Of a stretch of 64,000 bases of DNA, positions 1-10,070 are shown in pieces (the first letter of the stretch is position 1; every line of letters begins with the position of its first letter). Origin of the DNA: a virus; the IMG/VR virus record IMGVR_UViG_3300046780_000427, positions 1 to 64,000 of that record, one strand, 5' to 3'. The position numbers and the translations under genes are program-made. A model generated the notes under the pieces. It made no database searches. It was not told the origin of the DNA and worked only from the letters and a program-made list of their open reading frames with translations.

Positions 1-158
1 GTGCGTCGCCTTTTTTCCCTCCGATAGGTCGCGTTCTAGGCTGGCTACGCTAAGCGACTGCTGGTTACGCTGGGGTTGCGCCTGGTTGACGGGGGGTTGC
101 GGGGGCTCCCGGCGTGCTTGCCGGGGGATTGTCCCAGGTCAGGGATAGGTTACGGGGC

Positions 159-821
159 ATGGATCTGCGGCCCTGCGGGACGAAGGCGGCCTACAACCGG
201 CATCTGATCGCCGGGGAGCGGTGTGGTGTCTGCTCGGCTGCTGCCAGGGCAGGCAGGCGGACCGCCGCGTGCTCACGGTGCGGGGAGCCGGTGATCAGGT
301 CGAAGTCCTCACGGCTGGAGATCCTGTGCCACCAGTGCCGGCGTGAAGGGGCCTATCAGGAGGACCGGGCCTGTGCCTGGCCGGCCTGCTCGGTGGTGTT
401 CAAGGCGCTGCCTGCCTCCCGGAAGCGGTACTGCTCGCGACGGTGCGCGGGGCTCGGGACGGCGCACGCTCACGGGTGGGAGGAGGACCCGGCTGGCCCT
501 CGGCCGCGGAGGTCCTCGGCTTTCCGGGGGTATGGCCCGGAGCACGTGGCGATCCGGGAGAACTGGCGGCTGGCGGTCGAGGCCGGCCACGCAGACTGCT
601 GTGAGCCGGTGTGCGGGATGGCATCCCGGTGGATCGAGCCAGGCACGGCCTGGGACCTGTCCCATGACCGGGCTTCGGGCGGGTGGCTGGGCCCGTCTCA
701 TGCGGCATGTAACCGGGCTGAGGCCGCGCGGTGGCGCAACAGCCGGGCTGCGGGTGACCGGCCGCCGTTCCCGCGTGGGTTCCTGATCGAGCACGGATAC
801 TGGTCACCTCGGGCTGCCTGA
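159..821 (+). CDS. Zn-finger/HNH endonuclease (packaging-associated)
   Basis: Several CxxC pairs, an N-terminal CGTxAAYxRH motif and a C-terminal WDLSHD...GPSHAACN HNH-like motif; lies upstream of the terminase; ATG 159 preferred over GTG 114. Confidence 0.65.
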   Translation: MDLRPCGTKAAYNRHLIAGERCGVCSAAARAGRRTAACSRCGEPVIRSKSSRLEILCHQCRREGAYQEDRACAWPACSVVFKALPASRKRYCSRRCAGLGTAHAHGWEEDPAGPRPRRSSAFRGYGPEHVAIRENWRLAVEAGHADCCEPVCGMASRWIEPGTAWDLSHDRASGGWLGPSHAACNRAEAARWRNSRAAGDRPPFPRGFLIEHGYWSPRAA

Positions 822-845
822 TCGGTTCGGTGCTCCTGTTAGGGC

Positions 846-1388
846 ATGATCTACGTCAGGGGGCTGGTCACTGCCGTGTGGACGGAGGTCCGGGTGCCTG
901 CATCTAGGGCTGATCAGGGACGTGTGGCTGAGCGGAGGCGCAGGCTCCTGGACGCTTTGGCGTCGGGGATGAGCATGGAGCAGGTCGCCGCGCAGGAGTC
1001 TGATGAGTGGTTCGGGGATTATCACGGTTCACCGGGTCAGGTGGCGCAGGACGCTAGGCGGGCGCTGGCGGCGAAAGCAGAGCGGGAGTCCCTGATCTCT
1101 GATCACCTGGTGGAGCTGGAGCTGCTGCGCCTGGGGAGGACGGAGGCCCGGCTGAACGCGGCCCTGTTGTCGGCGGCGCGGCGGGATAACACGCAGCAGG
1201 TCGTGCAGACCGCGCAGGCCCTCGTCGGCCTGTCGAGGCGGCGGGCGTCGTTGCTGGGCCTGGATAAGGACAAGGCGGGTGCCCGGAGGCCACCGGCTCC
1301 GGCGGGGAGGGACGGCGGGGATGAGCTGTCCAAGCGGCGGAAGGACCGGCGGGCCGGTTTGCCGAGAGCGCAGGCCCGCAGTGAGTGA
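846..1388 (+). CDS. putative terminase small subunit
   Basis: HTH-like N-terminus (ASGMSMEQVA) and C-terminal DELSKRR; immediately precedes TerL; the start may be GTG near 923. Confidence 0.55.
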   Translation: MIYVRGLVTAVWTEVRVPASRADQGRVAERRRRLLDALASGMSMEQVAAQESDEWFGDYHGSPGQVAQDARRALAAKAERESLISDHLVELELLRLGRTEARLNAALLSAARRDNTQQVVQTAQALVGLSRRRASLLGLDKDKAGARRPPAPAGRDGGDELSKRRKDRRAGLPRAQARSE

Positions 1389-1400
1389 CCCGGCCGGCCG

Positions 1401-3188
1401 GTGACTGTCCTGCTCGACCGGCAGGAGATCCCGCCCGGGTGGCTGTGTGACCCGTGGGCGGACCTGCCGCCGGAGTTCGCCGCTTACGCGCCCCTGGTCC
1501 CGGCGGGGGTCCCGGTGGACTCGCCGCTGTTCGGCCCGCAACGGCCCAACCTGTTCACCTGCCCCGCGTGGGCTTCCAGCGCGGGGCCGGAGTGCATCGA
1601 CCTGGCCGCCGAGGTTGGCCTGTTCCTGGACCCGTGGGAGGCGTGGTTCCTGATCCACGCGCTCGGGGAGACCGAGGCCGGCAAGTGGGCGTCCTTCGCG
1701 GTCAAGATCCTCGTTTCGAGGCAGAACGGGAAAGGGGCCATCCTGGAGGCGCGGGAGCTGGGCGGCCTGTTCGCCTTCGGCGAGGAGCTGATGATCCACT
1801 CGGCGCACAGGTTCAACACCTGTGACCTGGCTTACAAGCGGCTGCTATCGCGGGTGGAGTCGTGTGACTGGATGCGGCGGCGGATCGCCCGCACCCCGGC
1901 CTCCCACGGAGAGGAGGGCATCGAGCTGTTCGCCACGCCGACGATCATCACCGGGCCCGGCGGCCGCCAGGTCACCCTGTCGCGGACGCCGACACTCAGG
2001 TTCCTGGCTAGGTCGGGGCAGGCCGCCCGGGGGTTCACTGGTGACTACGTGGCCTATGACGAGGACATGTATCTGGACTCCGCGGACGTGGCCGCGTCCC
2101 TGCCGACAACGTCGGCGCGGGTGAATGAGACGGAGGCGGGCCCGCAGGTGTGGTACGCCGGCTCCGGCGGGCTCGGCCGCCCGTCCACGCAGCTGGCCCG
2201 GGTGCGGCGGCGGGGAATCCAGGGCGGCACCTCGCTGTGCTTCGGTGAATGGTCGGTGGTCCTCCATGATGAGTACTGCGTGACCGGGTGCCAGGACCCG
2301 GCCCACAGTTCCCCGGAGGACCCGGAGACGATCGCCGCGGCGAACCCGGGGCTGGGGATCCGGCTCACCCTGGAGCAGTCCTACAAGGAACGGGATGAGC
2401 TGGGTGACAAGTGGCCGCAGGAACGCCTCGGGGTGGGCACCTACCCGGCGCAGGAGGACGGCTGGTCGGTGATCTCCAAACGCCGGTATGAGGAGCAGAT
2501 CGACCCGGAAGCGCGGCGGCCGGGGTCGGTGGTGTTCGGCCTGGACGTGTCACCGCAGCGGGAGACCTGCTCGATCGGGTTGTGCGGGATGCGGCCGGAT
2601 GACCGGCGCGGGGTGGAGGTAGCTGACCGCAGGCGCGGCACCGGGTGGGCCGTTCAGGCCGCTACCCGGCTAGACCGGGAGCACGGCCCGACGAAGTGGG
2701 TCGTGGACCCCAGGACGGACGCGGGGTCTTTGATCACTGACCTGGAGGACGCGGGCCTGGACGTGGAGCAGATCCGCGCCCGTGACGCGGCGCAGGCGTT
2801 CGGGATGATCTACGACGGGTGGCGGGACAACGACCTGGCCTACCTGGATGACCCGGACCTGCGCCGGGCTGTCGCCGGCGCGGACATGCGCAAATTGGCG
2901 GAGGGGTTCGCGTGGGACCGGGTGAATGCGACGGTGGACCTGTCGCCCCTGGTGGCGGTGACCCTGGCCTACTGGGGTCATAAGAAGTTCGGCGGCGGGT
3001 CAGACTATGACGCACGCGACTCGGTGGGGTACGGGCCTGCGGAGGTTGCCCGCCTGTACCATCTGGGGATATACGGGCCGGCCGATCTTCTGCGGCTTGC
3101 GAGCGCCGGGATCATCCGTGCGGCTGACCTGGGACCGATCTCGGCCGCCGGAGTCCCGATCCCTGCTGGGATCGTCGTGAGCGATTAG
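1401..3188 (+). CDS. terL: terminase large subunit
   Basis: Walker A SRQNGKG, Walker B VAYDE, ANPGLG, nuclease motifs FGLDVSP and VDLSPLVAVTLA. Confidence 0.92.
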   Translation: MTVLLDRQEIPPGWLCDPWADLPPEFAAYAPLVPAGVPVDSPLFGPQRPNLFTCPAWASSAGPECIDLAAEVGLFLDPWEAWFLIHALGETEAGKWASFAVKILVSRQNGKGAILEARELGGLFAFGEELMIHSAHRFNTCDLAYKRLLSRVESCDWMRRRIARTPASHGEEGIELFATPTIITGPGGRQVTLSRTPTLRFLARSGQAARGFTGDYVAYDEDMYLDSADVAASLPTTSARVNETEAGPQVWYAGSGGLGRPSTQLARVRRRGIQGGTSLCFGEWSVVLHDEYCVTGCQDPAHSSPEDPETIAAANPGLGIRLTLEQSYKERDELGDKWPQERLGVGTYPAQEDGWSVISKRRYEEQIDPEARRPGSVVFGLDVSPQRETCSIGLCGMRPDDRRGVEVADRRRGTGWAVQAATRLDREHGPTKWVVDPRTDAGSLITDLEDAGLDVEQIRARDAAQAFGMIYDGWRDNDLAYLDDPDLRRAVAGADMRKLAEGFAWDRVNATVDLSPLVAVTLAYWGHKKFGGGSDYDARDSVGYGPAEVARLYHLGIYGPADLLRLASAGIIRAADLGPISAAGVPIPAGIVVSD

Positions 3189-3198
3189 GAGGGCCGTT

Positions 3199-3471
3199 GT
3201 GGCCCTGGACCACCCCGTTGTACCCGTTGCCGGGGATCGCGCCCCGGGTGTCAATCAATGGTTGACAGCTAAGGCCCTGCCTGCGGTGAGGGGCCTGGTG
3301 ACCAAGGCCCGGGGGTGGCGGCTGCACAGGGCTGCTCCTGGGGCCGCGGGTGCCCTGGGCCTGTCCGTCGCTGTTGGGGGATTGGCGGGGCACCTGTGGG
3401 CCGGGACCGGCGCCTGGGTCGCCTTGGGGGCCGGGTCGCTGTTCCTGCTGCGCCTAGATTCTAGGATCTAG
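3199..3471 (+). CDS. small membrane protein
   Basis: Two hydrophobic segments; sits between terL and portal with an RBS. Confidence 0.6.
   Translation: MALDHPVVPVAGDRAPGVNQWLTAKALPAVRGLVTKARGWRLHRAAPGAAGALGLSVAVGGLAGHLWAGTGAWVALGAGSLFLLRLDSRI
3249..3267. promoter_or_regulatory. TGTCAA-N7-TTGACA palindrome, copy 1 (intragenic)
   Basis: tgtcaa tcaatgg ttgaca. Confidence 0.85.
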
Positions 3472-3473
3472 GC

Positions 3474-4886
3474 GTGGGTGTGTTCGCCGGGTCCAGGACG
3501 ATCACCGGCAAGCAGGTGCGGGAGGACTCGACCAGCCTCGGCGGCACCGGCGGGTCAACCGGGATGTGGGGGATCTCCTCCGCACTGGACCTGATCCCGA
3601 CGAGGCCCTTCCAGAAACTCGGGCCCACGGTCACCCAGGACACTGCGATGCGGCACTCCGCGGTGTGGGCGTGCCTGAGGTTGCGGGCGAACCTCCTCTC
3701 GACCCTGCCCCTGGATGCGTTCCGGAACGTCGGCCCCACGCAGGTGATGCTCGGGTACACCCCGCCGATCCTGGACCAGCCCGGCGGGCCGCTGCTGTCC
3801 TACCCCGGCGGGCCGAAGGTCGAGATTGAGGAATACCTGTACTCCTCGCAGGTGGACCTGGACCGGGCCGGGAACCACATCGCGGTGATCGCGGAGGTCA
3901 ACGGGTACGGGCAGCCGTCCTACCTGGAGGCTGCCCCCAGCACGGAATGCTCGGTGCTGGTCCGCGGGGGGAAGCTATGGAAATACCGGATCGCCGGCAA
4001 ACTGTATGACCCGGGGATGATCTGGCACGAACGGCAGTACACCTCCTCCGGCCTGTATGTGGGCCTGTCCCCCGTCGCTTATGCGGCGTGGGCGATCGGC
4101 GAATACTTGAACGTGCAGGAGTTCGCGACGAACTGGTTCGCCCAGGGCGGGGTGCCGAAGGCCCGGTTGAAAAACACGGCCAAGACGTTGAACACGATTG
4201 AGGCAGCGGTGGTCAAGGAGTCCTGGCGGGCCTCCATCTCCGCTGGGGAGCCGTTCGTGCACGGGTCCGATTGGGATTATGAGATGATCCAGGCCGACCA
4301 GGCGTCCCGGGACTGGCTGGACGCCAAAGCCGCCAGCATCCCGGACGTGGCCCGGTTTTTCGATGTGCCGGTGGACATGATCGACGGCACCCCCTCCGGT
4401 GCTAGGACCGGCCGCACTGACATGACGTATGCGAACATCGGCCAGCGGAACGCGCAACTTCTGGTCCTCAACCTGGGCCCGTCGATGGTCCGCCGGGAGA
4501 AAGCATGGTCCAGGCTCCTCCCGCAGCCGCAGTACTGCCAGTTCCGCCCCGATGCCCTGTTCCGCCTGGACCCCCTGGCCAAGGCCACGTTGCACCAGAT
4601 CCGCATCACCTCCCGCACCCTCGCCCCCTCGGAGGCCCGGGCGGACTGGAACCTGCCGCCGTTCACCGACGCGCAGTATGAGGAGTTCGACCACTTCTGG
4701 CCGGCGACGGGGAACATCGCCGGTGAGGGACCCGTCCCCGAGGGCGAGAGTGAGCCCGCGGACCCGACCGCTGACACCACCGACGTAGACCCCGAGCTGG
4801 CCGCTGCCGCTGCTGCCGTGCTCGGCCAGCACCGCCGCCACCTGGCCCTCAACGGGCACCACCTTAGGAAGGAACTGACCCGATGA
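3474..4886 (+). CDS. portal protein (HK97-like)
   Basis: SAVWACLRL, GLSPV, NWFAQGGVP, VARFFDVP, EARADWNLPP motifs and synteny. Confidence 0.92.
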   Translation: MGVFAGSRTITGKQVREDSTSLGGTGGSTGMWGISSALDLIPTRPFQKLGPTVTQDTAMRHSAVWACLRLRANLLSTLPLDAFRNVGPTQVMLGYTPPILDQPGGPLLSYPGGPKVEIEEYLYSSQVDLDRAGNHIAVIAEVNGYGQPSYLEAAPSTECSVLVRGGKLWKYRIAGKLYDPGMIWHERQYTSSGLYVGLSPVAYAAWAIGEYLNVQEFATNWFAQGGVPKARLKNTAKTLNTIEAAVVKESWRASISAGEPFVHGSDWDYEMIQADQASRDWLDAKAASIPDVARFFDVPVDMIDGTPSGARTGRTDMTYANIGQRNAQLLVLNLGPSMVRREKAWSRLLPQPQYCQFRPDALFRLDPLAKATLHQIRITSRTLAPSEARADWNLPPFTDAQYEEFDHFWPATGNIAGEGPVPEGESEPADPTADTTDVDPELAAAAAAVLGQHRRHLALNGHHLRKELTR

Positions 4887-6016
4887 CCATGAGCGCGGAA
4901 GGGACCCGCGCGGAGGCCCTGCACTTCCGCGCCGACGTTGACAACTCACCCTGGGACGCCGCGGCGGCCCTGGCCAAGTGCAAGACCGCGTCGGATTTCC
5001 GGTCGGTGTGCGCTGCGGAGAAGACCAACGACTCTGACCCGGCGACCGCCGCGCACTGGGCGCTGCCGCACCACTCCTCTCCCGGTGGGCCGCCGAACAA
5101 GTCCGGCACGTCCAAAGCCCTCGGCCGGGTGGATCAGACCGATGACATCGACCGGGGCAAGGCCCGGGCGCACCTGGAAGCGCACGCCGCGGCGTGGGGC
5201 GGCGGGCAGTCCTCCCAGCTCGCCCCCGAGCATGTGCGGGGGCTGCGCGCGGAACAGTTCGGCGGGCAGCGCAGGTTCCGCCCCAGCGACGGTGCCCGCC
5301 TGGCCACATTCGGCGGCCAGTTCCGCCATGAACTAGTCGTCGTCAACGGCAAGGAACTGGTGCAGCTCGACGGGTACGCATCAGTGGTTGAGCAGGAATA
5401 CGAGATGTGGGATATGTTCGGCCCCTACGGAGAGACCGTCGCCGGCGAGGCGTTCGACCGGACCCTAGGCTCCGCACCTGACGTGGCGTTCCTGACCAAC
5501 CACAAGGGCGTCACGATGGCCCGCTCCGGCGGGGCGAACCCGACCCTGACCCTAGACTCCGACCCCAGGGGCCTGCACGCGCAGGCACTGGTCAACCCGA
5601 AGCGCAACGACGTGCACGACCTCCTGCTGGCCATTGACGATGAGAACGTAACCGAGATGTCGTTCGCGTTCCGCATCGAGGACTGGGAGTGGGACGAGGA
5701 TTACATGCACGTCCGGATCCTGGAGGTCGATATCGACCGCGGGGACGTGTCGGCGGTGAACTTCGGCGCCAACCCGTACACGTCGATCGCCGCCAGGACG
5801 CAGGAGTTCATGGCGCTGCTGCCGCACCTGACCGAAGGCGCAGGCCGTGCCGCGCTGGACCGGCTCGCTGCCCGGTACGGGGTGCCCGCGGCGACGATCA
5901 CCCGGGCCACCACCGAGGCGGCCGCTGGGCGGCGCACAGGCCAGGACCAGGTGCCGGCGTTGCGCGGCGGCCGGTCGGTCAACCTGGTGGAAAGGTTGCA
6001 AGACCTGAACGGTTAG
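4883..6016 (+). CDS. prohead maturation protease (HK97 family) with extra N-terminal domain
   Basis: GYASV, E...GEAF, FLTNH, EMSFAF, DVSAVNFGANPYT. Confidence 0.88.
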   Translation: MTMSAEGTRAEALHFRADVDNSPWDAAAALAKCKTASDFRSVCAAEKTNDSDPATAAHWALPHHSSPGGPPNKSGTSKALGRVDQTDDIDRGKARAHLEAHAAAWGGGQSSQLAPEHVRGLRAEQFGGQRRFRPSDGARLATFGGQFRHELVVVNGKELVQLDGYASVVEQEYEMWDMFGPYGETVAGEAFDRTLGSAPDVAFLTNHKGVTMARSGGANPTLTLDSDPRGLHAQALVNPKRNDVHDLLLAIDDENVTEMSFAFRIEDWEWDEDYMHVRILEVDIDRGDVSAVNFGANPYTSIAARTQEFMALLPHLTEGAGRAALDRLAARYGVPAATITRATTEAAAGRRTGQDQVPALRGGRSVNLVERLQDLNG

Positions 6017-6019
6017 GCC

Positions 6020-6059
6020 CTCTGCGGCGCGTCCCTGGACGCGGTGGCGCGCCGCAGAG
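6020..6059 (+). terminator. GC-rich hairpin after protease gene
   Basis: ctctgcggcgcg...cgcgccgcagag inverted repeat; no U-tract. Confidence 0.4.
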
Positions 6060-6271
6060 CCGGGCGCGTCCTTGTGACTGTGCTGATCATAGATCGTGGT
6101 ACTGTCCGAACTACCTAGCCCCGTGACCGTGCCGGGGGCTTGGCAGGCGTGGGAGATCAGACCCGTTTAAGCGCCGGGCAATCAGGCCAAATGCATCACG
6201 CCGCCAAGCGGAGATCAGACCGGGACAGCGGCCAGCCAACCAACCGCCACAGGATCGCGGGAGCTGTCCCC

Positions 6272-7735
6272 ATGCCTATTGCCATTGACGACCTGATCAC
6301 TTCGATTGAGGTCGAGTACGAGCAGACCGAACGGGCCATAGCCAAGGCCGCCGCTGAAGTGAAGTACGTCCTCGCCCAGGCCCGCGAGCAGGGCCGGCCG
6401 AACCTCACCGAGGAGGAGGACTCGCACGTAGAGGACCTGTTCGCCGCGCAGGACCGGGGCAAGAAGGCCCTCACCGGGATTGAACGGAAGCTGAACCAGG
6501 CCCGCCGTGCCAAGGCCGACGAGCTGACCGCACGGGAGACCTCGGAGGAGCGCGAAGCGAACCCGCTGGCCTCCAGGGTGATGCCCGCCGACCGGGACAA
6601 GACCCGGCAGGTCGCCTCGGTGGCCGTAGGCCGCAACGAGCGCACCTACCGCCCCGACACCGACAAGCGGGGCATCAGGTTCCTTCAGGACGTGTCCCGG
6701 GCGTTCCTGTTCGGCGACGTGGAGTCCCAGCACCGCCTGTCCTCCCACATGCAGGAGGAGCGGATCGACCGCGGCGCGAAGTACTTCGAGCGGGCCGCCG
6801 GCGACTCCACCACCGCGAACTGGGCCGGCCTCACCGTCCCCCAGTACCTCACCGACATGTACGCACCAGCGGTGGCCGCGCTGCGGCCGTTCGCCGACGT
6901 GTGCAACAAGCACGACCTGCCGCCCAACGGGATGACGGTCAACATTTCGCTGATCACCACCCCGTCGCAGGTCGGTGCCCAGCCCACCGGCGAACTGAAC
7001 GCGGTCCTGGCCCAGTCGATTGACGACACGCTGCTGACCGAGAACGTGCAGACCGCAGCCGGGCAGGTGACCCTGTCCCGGCAGGCGATCGACCGGGGCA
7101 CCGGCATCGAAGAGGTCACGATGCAGGACCTTTTCCGCCGGTACGCCACGAACCTGGACAACACCCTGGTCAACCAGGCCACCACCGGCCTGTCCGCGCT
7201 GGCAGTGGCGAACACCTACAACGGGTCGTTCGCGATCAACACCGCCTACTCCAAGATCATGGGTGCCGCGTCCGGTGTCGAGGCGGCCCTGCTCGCGCAG
7301 GCCACCCCGTCGCACGTGATCATGTACTCCTCCCGGTGGTGGAACCTCGCCGCGCAGGTCGGCACGAACTTCCCGTTCATCAACGTCATGGGCCCGCAGT
7401 ACCCGTGGTCCGGTGGCGTGATGAACCCCGAAGGGTCCTACGCCGGGCCCGTGCGCGGGGTGCTCCCCTCAGGGCTCAAGGTCATCGCGGACAACAACGT
7501 GCCCAACAACCTGGGCGCCTCCACCAACCAGGACGAGATGTACGTCGTCGCCGCCGACGAGTGCCACCTGTGGGAAGATCCAGATGCCCCAGTTTTCATT
7601 CGCGCGGAACAGCCGAAGGCTGCTTCCCTCGGGGTGTTGCTGGTCCTCTACGGGTATTTCGCGTACACCTTCCGGCGCTACGCCAACGCTGTGCAAAAAG
7701 TCAACGGGACCGCGCTGACCACCCCGTCCTTCTGA
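6272..7735 (+). CDS. major capsid protein (HK97 fold, N-terminal delta domain)
   Basis: Coiled-coil N-terminus, GLTVPQYL, AGQVTLSRQAIDR, LYGYFA; ATG 6272 follows GGGAG. Confidence 0.9.
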   Translation: MPIAIDDLITSIEVEYEQTERAIAKAAAEVKYVLAQAREQGRPNLTEEEDSHVEDLFAAQDRGKKALTGIERKLNQARRAKADELTARETSEEREANPLASRVMPADRDKTRQVASVAVGRNERTYRPDTDKRGIRFLQDVSRAFLFGDVESQHRLSSHMQEERIDRGAKYFERAAGDSTTANWAGLTVPQYLTDMYAPAVAALRPFADVCNKHDLPPNGMTVNISLITTPSQVGAQPTGELNAVLAQSIDDTLLTENVQTAAGQVTLSRQAIDRGTGIEEVTMQDLFRRYATNLDNTLVNQATTGLSALAVANTYNGSFAINTAYSKIMGAASGVEAALLAQATPSHVIMYSSRWWNLAAQVGTNFPFINVMGPQYPWSGGVMNPEGSYAGPVRGVLPSGLKVIADNNVPNNLGASTNQDEMYVVAADECHLWEDPDAPVFIRAEQPKAASLGVLLVLYGYFAYTFRRYANAVQKVNGTALTTPSF

Positions 7736-7773
7736 TCCCTGCTGCACCGTCACAAAGCTACGGAGTAGCAGGC

Positions 7774-8307
7774 GTGAGGATCGTCCGCGCGTGGCCGGAG
7801 CACCCGCCGGCTGGCCGTCCGCATGTGGTGGACGGCTGGCCGCGGGTGCCCGTGGACGACTACGACTACCGGGCCCTAGCCGGCCAGGGCGATGTGATCT
7901 GCATGGACTGGGACACCGCCGTGGGCCTGGAGGACCTGACCCGGTTCGCCCGGGAAGCCGCCGCGGCCGGGGGCAACGCCCTGGTCGCGCCGGTCCGCAC
8001 CTACTACGGGCCAAGGCCGGGGCAGTGGAATCTGACCTGGGCTGACGGGCGGATCGTCGGTGAGCATGAGCGGCCGGCGATGGCGTTCGGGTTCGGGTTC
8101 GGCCTGGTGTACCTGCCGCATCACCTGATCGCCTCCTACATCGAGGCGCACCCGGGGGAGCGGCTGACCGACCCGGTGTTTTCAAGCTGGCACTTGGAGG
8201 CCACCGGTAGGGGGGTGCGGGTGTGCTGGTCGGTGCGGCCGGTGCACCTGCACTACCCCGCCGCCATCAGCGGGCACCTACAGGAGGCGCAGTCCGATGC
8301 CGCTTGA
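7774..8307 (+). CDS. GT-A fold glycosyltransferase-like protein
   Basis: VICMDWD (DxD), ALVAP, GFGLVYL, DPVFS, VHLHY; GTG start inferred inside the longer ORF. Confidence 0.55.
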   Translation: MRIVRAWPEHPPAGRPHVVDGWPRVPVDDYDYRALAGQGDVICMDWDTAVGLEDLTRFAREAAAAGGNALVAPVRTYYGPRPGQWNLTWADGRIVGEHERPAMAFGFGFGLVYLPHHLIASYIEAHPGERLTDPVFSSWHLEATGRGVRVCWSVRPVHLHYPAAISGHLQEAQSDAA

Positions 8308-8602
8308 CCGAGACGAGCAGGACAACATCCGGGAGCAGTTCGCCGGGGACCCGAGGGCCGGGCAGGTGGAGCAGGCCGCCGCTGAGCGGGCCGCCCTGGC
8401 CGAGCATGACCAGGACACCGCCGGGCCGGACAAGCGGCTGGAGGGGTTCGGGTACAAGACGCAGGCGCAGCAGGCCGAGGAGCGTAAGGCCGCGGCGGAG
8501 AAGCGCCGGGAGGCCGCCAAGAAGGACGACGGCGGCAAGGACGACAAGGGGCCTGCGCCGGCGAAGACCGGCGCCCGTGACCGTTCCACCCGCGGGAGCT
8601 GA
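8297..8602 (+). CDS. hypothetical charged protein
   Basis: Strong RBS AGGAGG; operonic. Confidence 0.7.
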   Translation: MPLDRDEQDNIREQFAGDPRAGQVEQAAAERAALAEHDQDTAGPDKRLEGFGYKTQAQQAEERKAAAEKRREAAKKDDGGKDDKGPAPAKTGARDRSTRGS

Positions 8603-8608
8603 CCTGCC

Positions 8609-8992
8609 ATGTACACGGTGACTTGCCCGGCCTCCGGGCTGTCGGTGGTGGTGGCGTGCGCCTGCGATCAGGTAGGCCACGACCCGGCCGCAGCCGGCGC
8701 GCATCATGACCGGTGCCAGATGTCGAACCTGACCGCCAACCTGACCTGCCCGCCCTCGGCCGGGTGCTGCGCCGAGGACCATGATCATGAGGCCACGGCG
8801 AACGCCTGCCCCGGCGCCCACGACGGGCAGGAATGCCCGGCCGGGACTGACTGCCTGGTGTTCACCCCGGCCGGGGAGGACTGCCCCGGCGGTCACTGTC
8901 ACAAGGATGTTGACGGGTGCACCGTCTGCCATCCGGTGATCATCACCGCTGGCATGGGTGCCGCGGTGCTGCGGCCGGCGGTGTCGGCATGA
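8609..8992 (+). CDS. Cys/His-rich hypothetical protein
   Basis: 14 Cys and 9 His in 127 aa; ATGA overlap with the next gene. Confidence 0.65.
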   Translation: MYTVTCPASGLSVVVACACDQVGHDPAAAGAHHDRCQMSNLTANLTCPPSAGCCAEDHDHEATANACPGAHDGQECPAGTDCLVFTPAGEDCPGGHCHKDVDGCTVCHPVIITAGMGAAVLRPAVSA

Positions 8993-9474
8993 GGGCGGCG
9001 TGGCGGGCGTACCGGCTGGCCACGTCGGCGACGGTCCTCTGGGCGTTCCTCATGCTCGGTGCCGCGCTCGATCAGGCCATCGCCCAGAAGGTCATGGCGT
9101 CGATCACGTCGGCGACGGCGTTTACGACGCTGACCACCGGGTTTAAGATCCGGCTGGATTCGGGCACGTCGACCGCGGCGGCGGCCGGGACCGAGATCAC
9201 CGGCTCGGGGTACACCGCTGGGGGGCAGACGTCGACAGCGCCGTTCGCGTCGACTGCGACCACGGCCAACCCGTCGATCGTGACGATCCCGCACACGGCG
9301 ATCCTCACCTGGACCAACGCTTCGGGCGGGAACTGGTCTATCCAGTCCCTTGACCTGTCCGACGGGGCGGCGGTGCGGACTATGTTCGGCAACTGGAACG
9401 GTGCCCCCGTGGTCGTGGCGAACGGAAACACGTTCCAAGTGGCGCTAGACGCGATCTCGGCGCAGGGCGGCTGA
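8989..9474 (+). CDS. putative virion structural protein
   Basis: GTEITGSGYTAGGQ-type beta-rich motif common in phage structural genes. Confidence 0.6.
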   Translation: MRAAWRAYRLATSATVLWAFLMLGAALDQAIAQKVMASITSATAFTTLTTGFKIRLDSGTSTAAAAGTEITGSGYTAGGQTSTAPFASTATTANPSIVTIPHTAILTWTNASGGNWSIQSLDLSDGAAVRTMFGNWNGAPVVVANGNTFQVALDAISAQGG

Positions 9475-9475
9475 C

Positions 9476-10045
9476 ATGGCCCAGGTGTGGCGGTTCCCCT
9501 GCACGCCGCTCGTGGACGCGGCAGGTGTCGCGGTCACCGCCGCCGCTTTGACCGGCTCCGGTATCGCGGAACTGCCGCAGGTGCCGTCGTCGGTGCTGGT
9601 CAAAGGCGCTCACCTGTCGCTGCACGCCAACTTTGAGGTCACCTCCACCTCCGCGACCCCGACAGTCGTGATGTCGTTCTACGCCGGCGCGGTCGGGTCG
9701 GTCATCGGGTCGAAGATCCTTATCGCCGCGTCACCCGCCTTGGTGATCAACGTCGCGGCGACATCGTGGCCGGGCATCATGAAATGGGACGGAAGGTTCA
9801 GCACCCTCTCGCCCACGGCTGGGGTGCTCCACGGGTCGGGTGCGGTCAAGTCGGGGTTCTCCGCGGCGGGCGGGCTGGCGGCGCAGTTGCAGGAGTTCCC
9901 CTTGCCGATCACGCTGGCGCTGCGGACCGTCTCGACGTTCAACACGTCGGTCCCGCTGGAGATCGACGTGGGCGTGACCCTGTCGTCGGTCACCGGCACC
10001 CCGTCTGTCCTGATCACGGACCTTTTCGCTGAACTGAGCGGCTGA
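9476..10045 (+). CDS. putative virion structural protein
   Basis: Ser/Thr/Val-rich beta protein within the head cluster. Confidence 0.6.
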   Translation: MAQVWRFPCTPLVDAAGVAVTAAALTGSGIAELPQVPSSVLVKGAHLSLHANFEVTSTSATPTVVMSFYAGAVGSVIGSKILIAASPALVINVAATSWPGIMKWDGRFSTLSPTAGVLHGSGAVKSGFSAAGGLAAQLQEFPLPITLALRTVSTFNTSVPLEIDVGVTLSSVTGTPSVLITDLFAELSG

Positions 10046-10070
10046 CCCGGCCAGGAGGCGGTGAGCCCGC

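Noticed and set aside
1-113. Physical genome end (cos site) before the HNH-terminase module
   Set aside because: The position is suggestive, but termini cannot be determined without reads or flanking sequence
8897-8915. Degenerate palindrome tgtcac-N7-ttgacg
   Set aside because: Two mismatches inside a CDS; could be chance, so not counted
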